From Azolla caroliniana (lineage: Eukaryota > Plantae > Polypodiophyta): 64,000 nt of DNA. The notes beneath the pieces were generated by a model. That model was not told the DNA's origin. It searched no databases and was given only the letters and a program-made list of their open reading frames with translations. Where the stretch lies: positions 8,804,001-8,868,000 of the forward strand of contig JBHGNT010000004.1 of the NCBI GenBank assembly GCA_043228905.1, written 5' to 3'. A program made the position numbers and the translations under genes. Below, piece by piece: positions 62,401 through 64,000 of this stretch; the first letter of the stretch is position 1; each line of letters opens with the position of its first letter.

Positions 62401-64000
62401 GCAAAGAGAAGGGGAAGAAGAAGATGTTGGATTATGGAACCGGTGTTGATGAGTCGGATCGAAGCGGATCCGACTCCGGAAAGGAAAATGACAGTTCTTC
62501 GGCATCGAAAACCAAACTGGCCAAGAAGGGCCTCAAACCGGGTAATGGTAGGTTACGTCGGTCAACCCGCCAGAAGGAACCTGTTAAGCGGTACGGGTAC
62601 AATGAGTACATGGCGCATCACTATGCGTACATGACCAAGGTAGTGGATGTGTGTGAGCCGGAGAGCTATGCAAAAGCGGCAAAGGACGCACATTGGCGTG
62701 CCGCTATGGAAGAAGAGATGCGGGCACTTGATGCCAACGATACATGGGACCTGGTTGACCCTCCCCGTCATAGTAAACCAATCAGATGCAAGTGGATGTA
62801 CAAGGTAAAGTACAATGTCGAAGGTTCAGTTAACCGGTACAAGGCCCGGTTAGTGGCGAAGGGATACGCACAGACCCACGGAATCGACTACGACGGGACC
62901 TTCGCTCCGGTAGCGAAGATGATGACGATTCATGTGGTGCTAGCGGTTGCAGCGGCAAGGGGGTGGCATCTTCACCAGATGGATGTGAAGAATGCATTTC
63001 TTCAAGGAGATCTTGAAGAAGTGTTCTTTATGATACAACCCCCGGTTTCCAGACGGAGATGAACAAGTCGGCGGTATGCCGGCTGAAGAAGTCACTTTAT
63101 GGCCTGAAGCAAGCCCCCCGAGCTTGGAATGCGAAGATCACGTACCGGTTGTGTAAGATGGGGTTTGCGGCCTCCAAGTCCGACTCTTCGTTGTTCATTC
63201 GCCAAGGTCCGGACGGTCCGGTTTGCATCTTGTTGTACGTTGATGATCTGGTCATCACCGAACCCGAACTCGATGAAATTAGTTGAGTCAAGTCCCAGTT
63301 GTCGGATGCGTTTGAGATGAAGGACCTGGGGGACCTTCATTATTTTCTTGGGATCGAGGTGATCCGAACCCCCAACGACATATTGCTCTCACAAAGGCAC
63401 TATGTGTTGAATATGTTGTACAAGTTCGGCGTGACAGAATGCCGACCTATCTCTACTCCCCTGAACCGCAACCAAAAGCTCTGTCCCGATTCCGGACCGG
63501 CCTGCGATGAGAAACGGTTCCGACAAATTGTCGGAAGCCTTATATATTTGACCCTCACCCGACCCGACATCAGCTATCCGGTTGGTGTGATTAGCCAATT
63601 CATGTAGAAGCCAACCGTGGAGCATCTTCAGTGCACGCACCGAATACTACGGTATGTGAGCGGCACGAAGGACCGGGGACTGTTATACCGGCGCGGTATA
63701 ACCGAAGAGCTGGTCGGTTACACAGATGCCGACTAGGCCAGCGATGCATCAGATCGCCGATCAACCTCCGGTTACATATTTTCCCTAGGTAGCGCGGTTG
63801 TTGCGTGGAGCAGCAAAAAGCAGCCAACAGTTGCTCTGTCATTTGGCTTCGACGACTGCTGCAAGACCTACGGATCGAGGTACCGACCCCGATTCTGATC
63901 TACTGCGACAACATAAACAGCATGTAGCTCACCAAGAACCCCGTATTCCATGCTCGCACAAAGCACATAGAACTGCACTATCACTTCGTGCATGAGTGTG
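59412..64000 (+). mobile_element. Ty1/copia element H (B family) inserted in the integrase of G; runs off the window
   Basis: 5' LTR 59412-59808, PBS TGGTATCAGAGC at 59809-59820, MASSLPVEKLDRSNYASW gag, then PR, INT, RT, RNase H collinear with B. Confidence 0.93.

Noticed and set aside
1-64000. Host protein-coding genes or rRNA
   Set aside because: Every recognisable coding segment is retroelement-derived, and no exon structure or rRNA similarity was seen.

Overview
This is gene-free eukaryotic heterochromatin, almost certainly from a plant and probably a non-seed land plant (inferred from the retroelement lineages). It consists almost entirely of nested retrotransposons. I resolve six Ty1/copia copies (A, B, C, E, F, H) plus one copia solo LTR, one chromodomain Ty3/gypsy, and three copies (D, D2, G) plus three solo LTRs of a tRNA-Trp-primed non-chromovirus gypsy lineage. 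There are also remnants of a Tat/Athila-like gypsy and one intact two-ORF LINE. Most nesting junctions are supported by target-site duplications (TSDs) read directly from the sequence. The most notable observations are: (1) two related solo LTRs carry an antisense tRNA-like Pol III A/B-box cassette in U3, analogous to the 5S cassette of Cassandra; (2) a slippery heptamer plus pseudoknot (-1 frameshift signal) sits after the protease in three divergent gypsy copies; (3) that lineage makes 4-bp, CG-centred TSDs; (4) the LINE ORF2 has no AUG and is in frame behind the ORF1 UAG; (5) the chromovirus has perfect TSDs but only 8 bp of its 5' LTR; (6) there are templated filler insertions, one of them from gypsy into copia. 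All coordinates and alignments were read by eye, and lineage names are motif-based inferences with no database searches run.
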